Assembly (NCBI GenBank): GCA_016432405.1
Contig: CP066687.1
Location: 347,040-411,039, forward strand
Reading direction: 5' to 3'
Length of the DNA: 64,000 bases
Origin: Candidatus Giovannonibacteria bacterium
GTDB taxonomy: Bacteria; Patescibacteriota; Minisyncoccia; UBA11713; 2-01-FULL-45-33
Shown: positions 1 through 9,299 of the stretch, in pieces
How the letters are laid out: every line of letters starts with the position of its first letter
Numbering within the stretch: the first letter of the stretch is position 1
Notes under the pieces: generated by a model
Databases searched by the model: none
Told to the model about the DNA's origin: nothing
The model's input: the letters and a program-made list of their open reading frames with translations, nothing else
Program-made: the position numbers and the translations under genes

Positions 1-18
1 GAACTTAGGCAGAAGTTT

Positions 19-1755
19 TTGGATTTTTTTTCCGCACGCGGGCACAAAATCGTGCTTTCTTCTTCGCTGATTCCCGACGACCCGTCGGTGCTTTTGACCA
101 CCGCCGGCATGCAGCAGTTTAAGCCCTATTTTTTGGGTAAAGCTGATCCGCTCAAAGATTTTGGAACACGACGCACGGCATCAATTCAAAAATCGTTTCG
201 CACTTCGGATATTGACGAAGTTGGAGATGAAAGCCATCTTACTTTTTTTGAAATGCTTGGACATTTTTCGTTTGGAGATTATTTTAAAAAAGAAACCATA
301 GAATGGACATACAAATTTCTTACCGAAATTCTCAAAATTCCCAAAGAGCATATATCGGTAACTGTTTTTGCTGGAGATAATAAAATCCCTTTTGATAAAG
401 AATCGTACGATGCCTGGTCTAAATTTTTACAGGCAGAAAAAATTAAAAAAGGCCCGCGCGCAGACAATGTTTGGGGACCGGCGGGTCCGGAGGGACCTTG
501 CGGAGCCGCCAATGAAGTTTATGTTGATGATTTAGAAGTGGCCACGCTGGTTTTTATGGAATATTACTGCGCCAAAAATGGAAGTTTAACTCTGCTTCCG
601 CAAAAAGGAGTTGATGTCGGCTGGGGATTTGAACGGTTGGCTATGATAGTTCAGGACAAAAAAAACATTTTTGAAACGGATTTGTTTGAGCCGCTTTTTG
701 AGCTTTTACCAGACAATGTTTCGGAAAAGCATAAAAGAATAATAGTTGACCATATCCGCGGGACAGCGTTTTTATTGGCTGACGGAGTGCGGCCATCAAA
801 CAAAGAGGCGGGGTATATTTTGCGGCGGCTTTTGCGGAGGGTTTTTGTTTACGAATATCAAGCTAAATTATCAAAGCACGTTTTAGACGGAATTTTACAT
901 GACATTATTCACGAATACGGCGAGTTTTATTCGGAGCTTTTGAAAAACGCCGAAAGTATTCACGAAGAATTTAAAAAAGAGCGTGACGAATTTTCAAAGA
1001 CCTTATCGCGCGGGATTAAAGAAGTATATAAATTTGATAAAATCGATGCCCCCACGGCATTTAATCTTTACCAGTCCCTTGGTGTTTCTTTCGAAATCAT
1101 AAAAGACGTTGCCGGAGATAAGGCAAAAAATCTTACTCGAGAAGAATTTGATAAAGAATTTGCCAAACATCAGGAAATCTCGCGGGCGGGGCGGGAGAAA
1201 AAATTCGGAGGGCATGGGCTTTTGCTGGATACCGGGGAGCTTAAAGCCAAAGACGGAGAGGAGCTGAAAAAAGTTACGCGATTGCACACAGCGACGCATC
1301 TTCTACAGGCGGCTTTGAGAAAAGTTTTGGGAGAGAGCGTAAAGCAGGCTGGCAGTGACATCACCGCGGAGCGGACAAGATTTGATTTTGCGTTTGACAG
1401 AAAACTTACTGACGAAGAAATCAAAAAAGTTGAGGATTCGGTAAATTTGGCGGTTAATAAAAAATATCAGGTTGATATGAAAGAAATGGTTTTGGAGGAC
1501 GCTTTAAAATTGGGCGCTCTTAGTGTTTTTTCCGCCAAAGGCGGATCCGCCTTTGGCGGAAAGGAAAAATACCCAGAGAAAGTAAAAGTTTATTCGGTCG
1601 GCGATTTTAGGGCAGACCCGCCGGAGATCTTCTCTAGGGAGCTTTGCGGCGGCCCGCACGTAAAAAATACTTCCGAAATCGGCCGGTTCAAAATTTTAAA
1701 ACAGGAAGCAGTCGGCTCCGGCACCCGCCGTATCCGAGCAGTTGTTATACTATAA
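19..1755 (+). CDS. alaS: Alanyl-tRNA synthetase (short form lacking C-Ala domain; true start probably just upstream of the window)
   Basis: Motifs TTAGMQQFKPYF, HLTFFEMLG, HTATHLL, ELCGGPHV; ends after GxRRI. Confidence 0.97.
   Translation: MDFFSARGHKIVLSSSLIPDDPSVLLTTAGMQQFKPYFLGKADPLKDFGTRRTASIQKSFRTSDIDEVGDESHLTFFEMLGHFSFGDYFKKETIEWTYKFLTEILKIPKEHISVTVFAGDNKIPFDKESYDAWSKFLQAEKIKKGPRADNVWGPAGPEGPCGAANEVYVDDLEVATLVFMEYYCAKNGSLTLLPQKGVDVGWGFERLAMIVQDKKNIFETDLFEPLFELLPDNVSEKHKRIIVDHIRGTAFLLADGVRPSNKEAGYILRRLLRRVFVYEYQAKLSKHVLDGILHDIIHEYGEFYSELLKNAESIHEEFKKERDEFSKTLSRGIKEVYKFDKIDAPTAFNLYQSLGVSFEIIKDVAGDKAKNLTREEFDKEFAKHQEISRAGREKKFGGHGLLLDTGELKAKDGEELKKVTRLHTATHLLQAALRKVLGESVKQAGSDITAERTRFDFAFDRKLTDEEIKKVEDSVNLAVNKKYQVDMKEMVLEDALKLGALSVFSAKGGSAFGGKEKYPEKVKVYSVGDFRADPPEIFSRELCGGPHVKNTSEIGRFKILKQEAVGSGTRRIRAVVIL
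1531..1560. repeat. Perfect 30-bp palindrome inserted in frame in alaS
   Basis: TCCGCCAAAGGCGGA|TCCGCCTTTGGCGGA, encodes SAKGGSAFGG. Confidence 0.9.
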
Positions 1756-1780
1756 GTGCGACAACGCAACAATTGCAAAC

Positions 1781-1814
1781 ATAACATTTTGCTACGATCG
1801 GGAGAAAGTGTTAT
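1781..1814. promoter_or_regulatory. 34-bp palindromic site upstream of PaaX-like gene 1, overlapping a sigma70-like promoter
   Basis: ATAACATTTTGCTA-CGATCG-GGAGAAAGTGTTAT; TTGCTA-17-TATATT at 1789-1817. Confidence 0.75.
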
Positions 1815-1828
1815 ATTAAGCATAATAC

Positions 1829-2350
1829 ATGTTTAAGAAAATAATTTTAAAAGGCGTACGTAAACCATCCGTGGCAGAATTGGTGCTTTTGGCGCTGAAA
1901 AGAACAGTAGATTGCCCATTTGAAATACTGATGGAATATAGCAGAATAAGAAATCAGCTTAGACCGGAATTTGTGAGAGTAGCTACAAATCGCTTAAAAA
2001 AACGGAATTTAATCCAAACGGAACGCAGAGGAAGGCAAATTCTTTTTACACTAACCGGAGAAGGTGAAAAGGAAGCAGAAAAAATTAGGTTAAAATTGGA
2101 AATGACTAAATCTAAACCTTGGGATGGAAAATGGCGTATTATTGTTTTTGATGTCCCAGAAAAGTTGCGTGGCAAACGAGATCTATTGCGGCGGGAATTA
2201 ATTAATTTCGGTTTTAAACAACTTCAAAAAAGCGTCTGGGCTTACCCACATTCTTTACCGCAAGAATTTACTGATTTATGGGAAGAGATTGGAATTCTTA
2301 GACATTGTATAATTTTTGAAACCAGTAAGATAGAAAATGCTAGAATTTAG
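1829..2350 (+). CDS. PaaX-like transcriptional regulator (wHTH plus Cas2-like domain), copy 1
   Basis: LTGEG wing, WDGKWRIIVFDVPEK...GFKQLQKSVW motif. Confidence 0.85.
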   Translation: MFKKIILKGVRKPSVAELVLLALKRTVDCPFEILMEYSRIRNQLRPEFVRVATNRLKKRNLIQTERRGRQILFTLTGEGEKEAEKIRLKLEMTKSKPWDGKWRIIVFDVPEKLRGKRDLLRRELINFGFKQLQKSVWAYPHSLPQEFTDLWEEIGILRHCIIFETSKIENARI

Positions 2351-2436
2351 TATAACAATTCTGCTCGATCGGAAGAAAGTGTTATACAGTTTAGATTACT
2401 TGCAAGGATATAAAATAAAAATAAAAAAAGCTCCAT
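2347..2436 (-). CDS. Putative 29-aa hydrophobic peptide MELFLFLFYILASNLNCITLSSDRAELLY (or truncated orphan)
   Basis: Own promoter TGGACA-16-TATGAT and SD AAGGAGGGCT; absent from the ORF track. Confidence 0.4.
   Translation of the reverse strand: MELFLFLFYILASNLNCITLSSDRAELLY
2352..2385. promoter_or_regulatory. 34-bp palindromic site downstream of PaaX-like gene 1
   Basis: ATAACAATTCTGCT-CGATCG-GAAGAAAGTGTTAT, 27/34 identical to 1781-1814. Confidence 0.75.
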
Positions 2437-2515
2437 TTTGTTTTCAGCCCTCCTTTCTCTGCTCGCCATCATAGCAATTGCTTAAAATTTGTCCATAGCG
2501 TGCTATAATATTCTC

Positions 2516-3685
2516 ATGCTTTCATGGATTTTTGGGCACAAAAAAAAGACGACGCACATCTTGGCGATTGACTTGGGAACAGCATCAATTTCCGCCGCGG
2601 TCGTCGTGCGCCATGAAAAAGCCGGACCGAACGCCCCGGCCGGGCTCTGCGAGATTAAAAAAGTTTTGAGGCATCCCTTAAACCTTTTGGGCTACCAGCT
2701 TGCCGCGGACGCCGGCAAGCTCCCTTATATTTTAAAAGACGGCTTCATGAAAGTTTTTAAAGACGCTTATGCCGCCTCCCGCCACGCAGACGTTATTTTA
2801 ATCGCGCTTTCCGAGCCGTTTTTTTTGGATAAGAAAACGCAAAGAGAAGAGGCGCGCCCTAACCCGTCTAAGCCGATCAGTCGAGCCGAGATTGACACCA
2901 TCGGAAAATTTTTAAGCGAAGACGTTTTGGTGGCAAACAGGCGGCTCGCGCCGGTCGGGCGGAATATTCTTGCCATGCGAGTGAACGGATACGACATCGT
3001 CGACGCAATCGGGTATAAAGGCAAAACGTTGGGGGCCGAGGCCGTGTTTACTTTAGTGAGCGCGACTTTGAAAGATTACGTAGATGAAGCGAAAGAAAAA
3101 TTTTTCCCCCGGAGCGCGGTTTCTTTTTCTTCCGATACCTGGGTTCTATGGAAGCTGCTAAAATCCACGGAGAATTTGTCCGGTCCGGTTTTGGTTGTGG
3201 ACATCGGCGGAGAAGTGACCGGAGTGTTTGGAGCCGGCAAAAACACGATTGAGCACATGGGCGCCGCCGCTTTCGGCATAAGGACTCTCGCCAGGCGCAT
3301 CGGGGCGGCGCTAAAAATTGGGCCAGAGGAGGTTGAGCCGATTTTGCGCAAGTATACTGCCGGCGCGCTGGATGAGCGTTTGAAAATGAAGGTGGACAGG
3401 GTTTTATCTGCGGCGCTTTTTGATTGGTGGGCAAGCATTAAAAATTTCGCGAGCGCGCCGGCGGCGTTTAAAAAAATATTGCTTTCCGGAGGCGGGGCTG
3501 ACTTCTCCGTTTTCTCCGATTTTCTGAAAGATTGCCTGAAAAAGGATTATGGCGCGGATGTGTCTGTGGAGCTCTTGCGCGCGGAGGCGTTCAATGATTT
3601 TTTGGACCCGGCCGGCGCGCTCTCCGGCGGCGGCGACGTTATTTTAGCGGCTTTGAGCATTTTTGCTGATGCCAAGACAGACTAA
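2516..3685 (+). CDS. FtsA/actin-like ATPase-fold protein
   Basis: LAIDLGT, VVDIGGEVT, ILLSGGGA motifs. Confidence 0.75.
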   Translation: MLSWIFGHKKKTTHILAIDLGTASISAAVVVRHEKAGPNAPAGLCEIKKVLRHPLNLLGYQLAADAGKLPYILKDGFMKVFKDAYAASRHADVILIALSEPFFLDKKTQREEARPNPSKPISRAEIDTIGKFLSEDVLVANRRLAPVGRNILAMRVNGYDIVDAIGYKGKTLGAEAVFTLVSATLKDYVDEAKEKFFPRSAVSFSSDTWVLWKLLKSTENLSGPVLVVDIGGEVTGVFGAGKNTIEHMGAAAFGIRTLARRIGAALKIGPEEVEPILRKYTAGALDERLKMKVDRVLSAALFDWWASIKNFASAPAAFKKILLSGGGADFSVFSDFLKDCLKKDYGADVSVELLRAEAFNDFLDPAGALSGGGDVILAALSIFADAKTD

Positions 3686-4979
3686 AGAAAGTTTTATAGA
3701 CATTCTCCCCTCAAGCGGCAAGCGCGTGATTTCGGATGTTGTGATTGCGCCAAGAAAAGAAATTACTTCTCAGTTTTTCAAAGAGCCACCGGCGGCGATC
3801 AAGCCCCCGAAGCGCTATTTGAGGACGGGACGCAGGGGCAGGTCCGTTTTTACGATTTTGGCGCTGCTTGCGCTGGCTGCCGTCTTGAGCGCGGTTTTCG
3901 GGAAAGTTGAAGTGACGGTAACCCCGAAAGCGTTGTCTGTCCAAATGGACAAAACTTTGCCGTTGAGCAAATCCCGGGACGGCTTGCCTGACGGCAGCGC
4001 GGGCAATTTTCTGATTTTCAGGACTCTCACGCTGCCGCATAAGGAGAGCGGTTCATTTAACGCCACGGAAGAGAAATTCCAGGACCGGAAAGCGCAGGGT
4101 ATAGTCGCCCTTTTTAACAAATCTAAGGCGCCCCAGATTCTTATCGCTTCCACGCGCCTTGAGGCGCCGGACGGCAGAATTTATCGGATTCCAAAAACTA
4201 TAGTCGTGCCCGGTGCCAAGACACAGGGCGGGCAGGCGGTGCCCGGTTCGCTGGATGTGACGGTAATTGCGGACAAGGCGGGCGCGGAATACAATATCGG
4301 GCTCTCGGATTTTACTTTGCCCGGTTTTAAAGATTCTCCCAAATACGAACTCGTCTTTGCAAGGTCCAAAGCCGAAATATCCGGCGGAGCAAGCGGAAAA
4401 CAAATTGTGGTGGGCAAATCGGACACGGATTCCGCTCTGACGGCACTTATGCTGCGAGTGCGCGAGGCCGCGCCTAAACTTATTTCCGGAAAAATACCAA
4501 AGGAAGAATTTTTAATTGCGGAGTCGGTTGAATATGCAGCCGCCAAAGAGGGTTCGGACCCCGCCCCGGGTTCGCCGGCGGAAAAATTTGATTTCAGCGC
4601 GGAAGGAGAAATCAGGGGGGCAAGCGTTGAAAGGCGGGCTTTAGAGGAGGCGCTTTTGAAGAATTTGCCCGAACTTGCGGCGCTCGAGGGAGCTCCGGTG
4701 CGCGTAAAAAATCTGGACAAACTGCCGATGAAATTAATCGGCTATAAATTTGAAGCGCGCAGTTTTACGCTGGCCGTCCGCGGCACGGCGGAGATTGAGG
4801 CGGTTGTGGACACCCAGACGCTAAAAAGCGCGATTTTGGAGCATGGCGTCAGGGGCGCGATTCTGCGGTTTTCCGCTTTGCCATCAATATCCGGAGTGGA
4901 GGCGCGTTTTAAGCCCTTTTGGTGGCGCAAGACCCCCTCCGACCCCAGCCGCATTGACATTATTTTACAAGGGAGCTAA
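3669..4979 (+). CDS. Membrane-anchored protein with baseplate-J-like region (CPR conserved hypothetical)
   Basis: N-terminal TM; KAQGIVALFN, ADKAGAEYNIG, ISGGAS motifs. Confidence 0.55.
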   Translation: MPRQTKESFIDILPSSGKRVISDVVIAPRKEITSQFFKEPPAAIKPPKRYLRTGRRGRSVFTILALLALAAVLSAVFGKVEVTVTPKALSVQMDKTLPLSKSRDGLPDGSAGNFLIFRTLTLPHKESGSFNATEEKFQDRKAQGIVALFNKSKAPQILIASTRLEAPDGRIYRIPKTIVVPGAKTQGGQAVPGSLDVTVIADKAGAEYNIGLSDFTLPGFKDSPKYELVFARSKAEISGGASGKQIVVGKSDTDSALTALMLRVREAAPKLISGKIPKEEFLIAESVEYAAAKEGSDPAPGSPAEKFDFSAEGEIRGASVERRALEEALLKNLPELAALEGAPVRVKNLDKLPMKLIGYKFEARSFTLAVRGTAEIEAVVDTQTLKSAILEHGVRGAILRFSALPSISGVEARFKPFWWRKTPSDPSRIDIILQGS

Positions 4980-5000
4980 GATAGGGACTATTCGTTGTTA

Positions 5001-5222
5001 ATGCCAGCTTCGCCAAAAGACAAACTTATTAAAGAAGGGCAGGTTATTGAAGCGTTGCCTTCGGCGACGTTCCGTATTTTATTGGGAGACGGCAAGGAAG
5101 TCATTGGGCACCTGTCGGGCAAGATGCGCGTCCATTACATCAAAGTGCTGGTCGGCGACCGCGTTTTGGTTGAATTCAGTCCTTACGACGAATCCAGGGG
5201 ACGAATTGTTAAAAGGTTATAA
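5001..5222 (+). CDS. infA: Translation initiation factor IF-1
   Basis: [25 protein letters not shown]. Confidence 0.97.
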   Translation: MPASPKDKLIKEGQVIEALPSATFRILLGDGKEVIGHLSGKMRVHYIKVLVGDRVLVEFSPYDESRGRIVKRL

Positions 5223-5248
5223 TTATTTATATTGAGCGAAATCAAAAT

Positions 5249-5362
5249 ATGAAAGTAAGGGCTTCGGTAAAACCAAGGTGCGCGAGCTGCAAGGTCGTCC
5301 GCAGGGGCGGCAGAGTTTTTATCGTCTGCAAAAATCCGAGGCATAAGCAGAGGCAGGGTTAA
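5249..5362 (+). CDS. rpmJ: 50S ribosomal protein L36 (absent from the ORF track)
   Basis: Manual translation [37 protein letters not shown]. Confidence 0.97.
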   Translation: MKVRASVKPRCASCKVVRRGGRVFIVCKNPRHKQRQG

Positions 5363-5380
5363 ATACTTAAAGATTTAAAG

Positions 5381-5767
5381 ATGGTCAGAATCGCAGGGGT
5401 TAATATCCCGGACAATAAAAAAATTCCCGTTTCTCTCGCCTACATTTACGGCATAGGGAGGCCATTGGCGCGCCGCATTTTGTCTTCCGTGAAAATTGAC
5501 GAAAATAAGCGCGCCAAAGAACTGGCCCCGCAGGAAATAAGCAAACTCCGCGACCTAATTGAAAAAAAATATAAAATTGAGGGGGAACTAAGGCGGGAAG
5601 TCACCTTAAACATTAAAAGGTTAAAAGACATAAAATCCTACAGGGGCGTCCGGCATATGAGAAATCTCCCCGTCCGCGGCCAGCGCACAAAAACAAATTC
5701 CCGCACCCGGAGAGGCAACGTCCGCAAAACAATGATGTCCGGCAAACGCAAACTGGAAAAGAAATAA
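5381..5767 (+). CDS. rpsM: 30S ribosomal protein S13
   Basis: MVRIAGVNIP, LPVRGQRTKTNSRT. Confidence 0.98.
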   Translation: MVRIAGVNIPDNKKIPVSLAYIYGIGRPLARRILSSVKIDENKRAKELAPQEISKLRDLIEKKYKIEGELRREVTLNIKRLKDIKSYRGVRHMRNLPVRGQRTKTNSRTRRGNVRKTMMSGKRKLEKK

Positions 5768-5768
5768 A

Positions 5769-6203
5769 ATGGGCAAGAAAAGAATAATTCAAAAAGCGGA
5801 TTTGACTACGGACGAGGGCAGGGCCTCGGCCGTTAGGGTTGCTTCCCCGAAGAAAAAAATTACGGACGGAGTCGTCCATATACTTTCCACTTACAACAAC
5901 ACGATTATTTCCATAAGCGACCAGAGGGGGGACGTGATAATGTCTTCTTCTTCGGGCGCCCTCGGCTTTTCCGGTGCTAAAAAGGGGACGCCGTACGCGG
6001 CGACAAAGCTGGCGGAATTTTTGGGAGACAAAGCCAAGGCCGCCGGTGTGAAAAATTTAAGCGTTTTAGTAAAAGGCGTAGGCGCCGGGAGAGACGCGGC
6101 ATTAAGGTCGCTTGTCGCGCAGGGGTTTGATATTTATTCAATCCGCGACGCAACTCCGGTTCCCCACAACGGCCCGCGTCCGCCGAAACCGAGAAGAGTA
6201 TGA
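5769..6203 (+). CDS. rpsK: 30S ribosomal protein S11
   Basis: STYNNT, TPVPHNGPRP. Confidence 0.98.
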   Translation: MGKKRIIQKADLTTDEGRASAVRVASPKKKITDGVVHILSTYNNTIISISDQRGDVIMSSSSGALGFSGAKKGTPYAATKLAEFLGDKAKAAGVKNLSVLVKGVGAGRDAALRSLVAQGFDIYSIRDATPVPHNGPRPPKPRRV

Positions 6204-6802
6204 GAACAAATTGTAAAACTTGCAGGAGGTTGGGTATGTCTGTTTGCGGGCGCGAGAAATGCGCTTTTAAGCGCAAGCCCTACCCCCCGGGCATTCACGG
6301 AAAATCTTTCCGGCGCGGTCTTTCGGAATTCGGCACGCAGCTTAAAAGCAAACAAAGGGTGAAGTTCCTTTACGGCCTTCGCGAACAGCAGTTTAAAAAT
6401 TACGTGCTTTCCGCTGTTTCCCAGCACGCCATTCCCGCCGGCGAGGCGATAGTGCGGAGCTTGGAATCGCGTTTGGACAACGTTGTCTACCGTCTGGGGT
6501 TCGCCCCGACGCGCGCCGGAGCGAAGCAGGTGGTGAACCACGGCCATATTTTGGTGAACGGCAAAAGAATCAACATCCCTTCCTGCAGGATTAAAATCGG
6601 GGACGAGGTTAAAATACGGCCGGGAAGCGTCGGCAAAGGAGCGTTTTTGAATCTTCCCGTGACCATAAAAAAATACGCTCCTCCGGAGTGGCTGGAGATT
6701 GACAAAGACGCTTTTTCCGGTAAAATAATTTCAGCGCCACTCGCCGATGATTTAATAAGGTCTTACAATTTAAACTCAATAGTCGAATATTATTCGCGTT
6801 AA
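6200..6802 (+). CDS. rpsD: 30S ribosomal protein S4
   Basis: PPGIHG, LESRLDNVVYRLG, IVEYYSR. Confidence 0.98.
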   Translation: MRTNCKTCRRLGMSVCGREKCAFKRKPYPPGIHGKSFRRGLSEFGTQLKSKQRVKFLYGLREQQFKNYVLSAVSQHAIPAGEAIVRSLESRLDNVVYRLGFAPTRAGAKQVVNHGHILVNGKRINIPSCRIKIGDEVKIRPGSVGKGAFLNLPVTIKKYAPPEWLEIDKDAFSGKIISAPLADDLIRSYNLNSIVEYYSR

Positions 6803-6825
6803 CAGCTAATTTTTTGCTTAATTTT

Positions 6826-7737
6826 ATGGATCAGAGCACGGTTTTGCCAACCCATACCCGCGTCGTTTCCGAAGAGGATTCCAAGGGAACATACGAGATA
6901 GACGGCTTTTACCCGGGCTACGGCCATACTTTGGGAAATTCGCTTCGGAGGATTTTGCTCTCCTCGCTTTCCGGCGCGGCCGTGACGAAAGTAAAAATAG
7001 AAGGGGCGTCTCACGAGTTCGCCACGCTGCCGGGGGTTTTGGAAGATGTCGTTACGATTTTGCTCAATATTAAACAGCTTCGTTTTAAAATCCATACAGA
7101 CGGGCCGGAGACGGCGACTCTGGAAGTCAGGGGCGTTAAAGAAATCAAAGGAAAAGACATAAAATGCCCCACTCAGCTTGAGGTTATGAATAAAGACCTC
7201 TATCTTGCAACCCTTACCGACAAAAACGCCAGTTTCAACGCCGAGTTTACCGTGGAAAAAGGCATTGGGTTCGTGCCCTCCGAAGAGCTGGTCAAAGACA
7301 AGATTTCGGTGGGAACCATAGTGCTGGACGCGATTTTTACTCCCATCCGGCGAGCCACTTACGAAGTTGAAAATATGCGCGTAGGCGACCGCACGGATTA
7401 CAACCGCCTGCGCCTTTTTATAGAAACCGACGGGACAATTTCTCCCCGCGCCGCGCTTAAGGAAGCGCTCCGGATTATGCGCCGGCAAATAGAGCATATT
7501 GAAAATTTTGAAGGCGGCGCCGAGCCCGGCGCGGCGCCGGGCAAAGAAGAGGGCTTCGGCGAGATGAAGCTTTCCCAGCGCACTAAAAATGCGCTAATCT
7601 CCGCCGGCATCAGCACGCCGGAGGAATTGTCCCAAAAATCCGAAAGCGAAATCAGGGACCTAGACGGCGTCGGCGAGAAGGCGGTTGCGGAAATTAAAAA
7701 AGCGCTGGCGAAACTGCAGCTTTCTTTAAGGGAATAA
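6826..7737 (+). CDS. rpoA: RNA polymerase alpha subunit
   Basis: GYGHTLGNSLRRILLSS, DAIFTPI, alpha-CTD. Confidence 0.98.
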   Translation: MDQSTVLPTHTRVVSEEDSKGTYEIDGFYPGYGHTLGNSLRRILLSSLSGAAVTKVKIEGASHEFATLPGVLEDVVTILLNIKQLRFKIHTDGPETATLEVRGVKEIKGKDIKCPTQLEVMNKDLYLATLTDKNASFNAEFTVEKGIGFVPSEELVKDKISVGTIVLDAIFTPIRRATYEVENMRVGDRTDYNRLRLFIETDGTISPRAALKEALRIMRRQIEHIENFEGGAEPGAAPGKEEGFGEMKLSQRTKNALISAGISTPEELSQKSESEIRDLDGVGEKAVAEIKKALAKLQLSLRE

Positions 7738-7749
7738 AAAATAAACGCG

Positions 7750-8094
7750 GTGAAGAAAGCGAGAAAATTCGGAAGAGAAAGAAACCAACGGCGGGCGTTT
7801 TTAAGGAGCTTGGCGGTTAGTTTGATAGCACGCGGGAAAATTAAAACTACGCTCGCCCGCGCCAAGGAGCTCCGGCCGGTCGCGGAGCGACTGGTGACGC
7901 GCGCCAAAAGGAGCGAGAACCCTGTTTTGGCGCACCGCGATGCAAGAAGATTTTTACCGAAAGAGGCGGCCGCTAAACTGGTCAAAGAAATCGCGCCCAG
8001 ATACGGAACGAGAAACGGCGGATACACCAGAATTATAAAACTTAACCGAAGAAGCGGAGACGCATCGCGGATGGCGTTCATAGAGTTTGTGTAA
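7750..8094 (+). CDS. rplQ: 50S ribosomal protein L17
   Basis: IKTTLARAKELR, RNGGYTRIIK. Confidence 0.97.
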   Translation: MKKARKFGRERNQRRAFLRSLAVSLIARGKIKTTLARAKELRPVAERLVTRAKRSENPVLAHRDARRFLPKEAAAKLVKEIAPRYGTRNGGYTRIIKLNRRSGDASRMAFIEFV

Positions 8095-8098
8095 AAAT

Positions 8099-8467
8099 AT
8101 GACGAAAGAAATTATAATTGACGCGAAAAACAAAAAGCTCGGGAGGATTGCCTCGGAGGTTGCCAAGGCGCTAAGAGGCAAAACAGACGCCGGTTTTTTG
8201 CCGCACACGGTTGTTTTGCCCAGGGTCATTGTGAAAAACGCCGGCAGCATCGCTTTTTCGGAAAAGAAACTCAAGGATAAAGAGTTTTGGACGTACTCCG
8301 GCTACCCTGGCGGCAGAAAAGTAAAAAGTGCCTGGGAAGTCGCTGAAAAATCCACTGGCTGGAGGAGCGATATTTTGCGCCACGCCGTCTCGGGGATGCT
8401 CCACAAAAACCGGCTTAAAAAATTAATGATTAAAAATTTGATAATTTATAATGGAGAAGACAAATAA
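8099..8467 (+). CDS. rplM: 50S ribosomal protein L13
   Basis: LGRIASEVA, YSGYPGG, AVSGML. Confidence 0.95.
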   Translation: MTKEIIIDAKNKKLGRIASEVAKALRGKTDAGFLPHTVVLPRVIVKNAGSIAFSEKKLKDKEFWTYSGYPGGRKVKSAWEVAEKSTGWRSDILRHAVSGMLHKNRLKKLMIKNLIIYNGEDK

Positions 8468-8864
8468 AAACGGATACTTTGAAGCGGTTGGACGCCGGAA
8501 AACTTCGGTTGCCCGCGTGCGCCTTTTTAAAGAGAAAAATGCTTTGCCGAATATTTCCATAAACGGCAAGGCGCATTCGCAATATTTTCCTACTTTGGAG
8601 CTCAAAAAAATAGCGGAAGAGGGGCTGGGCGCGGTGCGCGCGGAGGGTGTGTACAGGGTTTCGGCGAAAATTTCCGGCGGGGGAATCCATTCGCAGGCGG
8701 AAGCATTGCGCCACGGCATCTCCCGCGCGCTTTTAAAAGTTGACGCCGAAAACAGGAAACCCTTAAAGAGTTTAGGATACTTAAAGCGCGACCCGCGGAT
8801 GAAGGAACGCCGCAAATTCGGTCTCAAAAAAGCCCGCAAGGCCCCCCAGTGGGCGAAGAGGTAG
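8451..8864 (+). CDS. rpsI: 30S ribosomal protein S9
   Basis: GRRKTSVARV, RDPRMKERRKFG. Confidence 0.98.
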   Translation: MEKTNKNGYFEAVGRRKTSVARVRLFKEKNALPNISINGKAHSQYFPTLELKKIAEEGLGAVRAEGVYRVSAKISGGGIHSQAEALRHGISRALLKVDAENRKPLKSLGYLKRDPRMKERRKFGLKKARKAPQWAKR

Positions 8865-8940
8865 AATGTTACTGAAAAACGATTTTGACCAACTTAATGC
8901 GATCGCGTTAGAATGACCAAAAAAAATTTTATAGGAAGAA

Positions 8941-8973
8941 AAATAAAATGGCCCCGTCGTCCGCGACGGGGCC
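8941..8973 (-). terminator. Intrinsic terminator of the minus-strand orphan ORF
   Basis: GC hairpin GGCCCCGTCG/CGACGGGCC with a U-rich tail on the minus strand. Confidence 0.6.
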
Positions 8974-8976
8974 TGC

Positions 8977-9195
8977 TCAATTTTGCGAAGATAGGATGAC
9001 GTTGGGGACTATTTTCCAGGTTAGGTTGTAAGTAATACGACACTCAGATTTTTGGCCACCAACTTCAATTGTTCGTTGCGACCAGTGTGGTGTGATATGA
9101 CCCCTCTTTTCGTCGTCGCAAACGAAGATAACATCTCCAATTTTTAAAACTTCTTCGCAACCTTGAGCGGGTTCTATTTGTGCCTTTTTAGCCAT
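8977..9195 (-). CDS. Orphan hypothetical protein (72 aa)
   Basis: SD GAGGAGGGCT, promoter TTGACA-18-CATAAT, own terminator. Confidence 0.65.
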   Translation of the reverse strand: MAKKAQIEPAQGCEEVLKIGDVIFVCDDEKRGHITPHWSQRTIEVGGQKSECRITYNLTWKIVPNVILSSQN

Positions 9196-9299
9196 AATAG
9201 AGCCCTCCTCTCTGTTTCCATTATGAGCAGATAAAGAAGAGCTTGTCAACGATTACAAAATAAAAAAAGAGGGGCGGCAGTTGCCATCCCCCTATGCAT

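Noticed and set aside
1781-2385. CRISPR-Cas call from Cas2-like domains and 34-36-bp palindromic repeats
   Set aside because: Only two repeats per locus, separated by a whole gene; no spacer array and no cas1 or effector genes in the window.
3669-4979. Prophage or contractile injection system from the baseplate-J-like gene
   Set aside because: No other phage structural genes; it is embedded among housekeeping genes.
7398-8081. Long antisense ORFs such as 7398-8081, 25585-26280 and 35286-35936
   Set aside because: They lie opposite well-supported genes and show no motifs or initiation signals.
8886-8919. CGATCG here (and at about 42581) as further PaaX-type sites
   Set aside because: The flanks are not inverted repeats at the 14-bp spacing.
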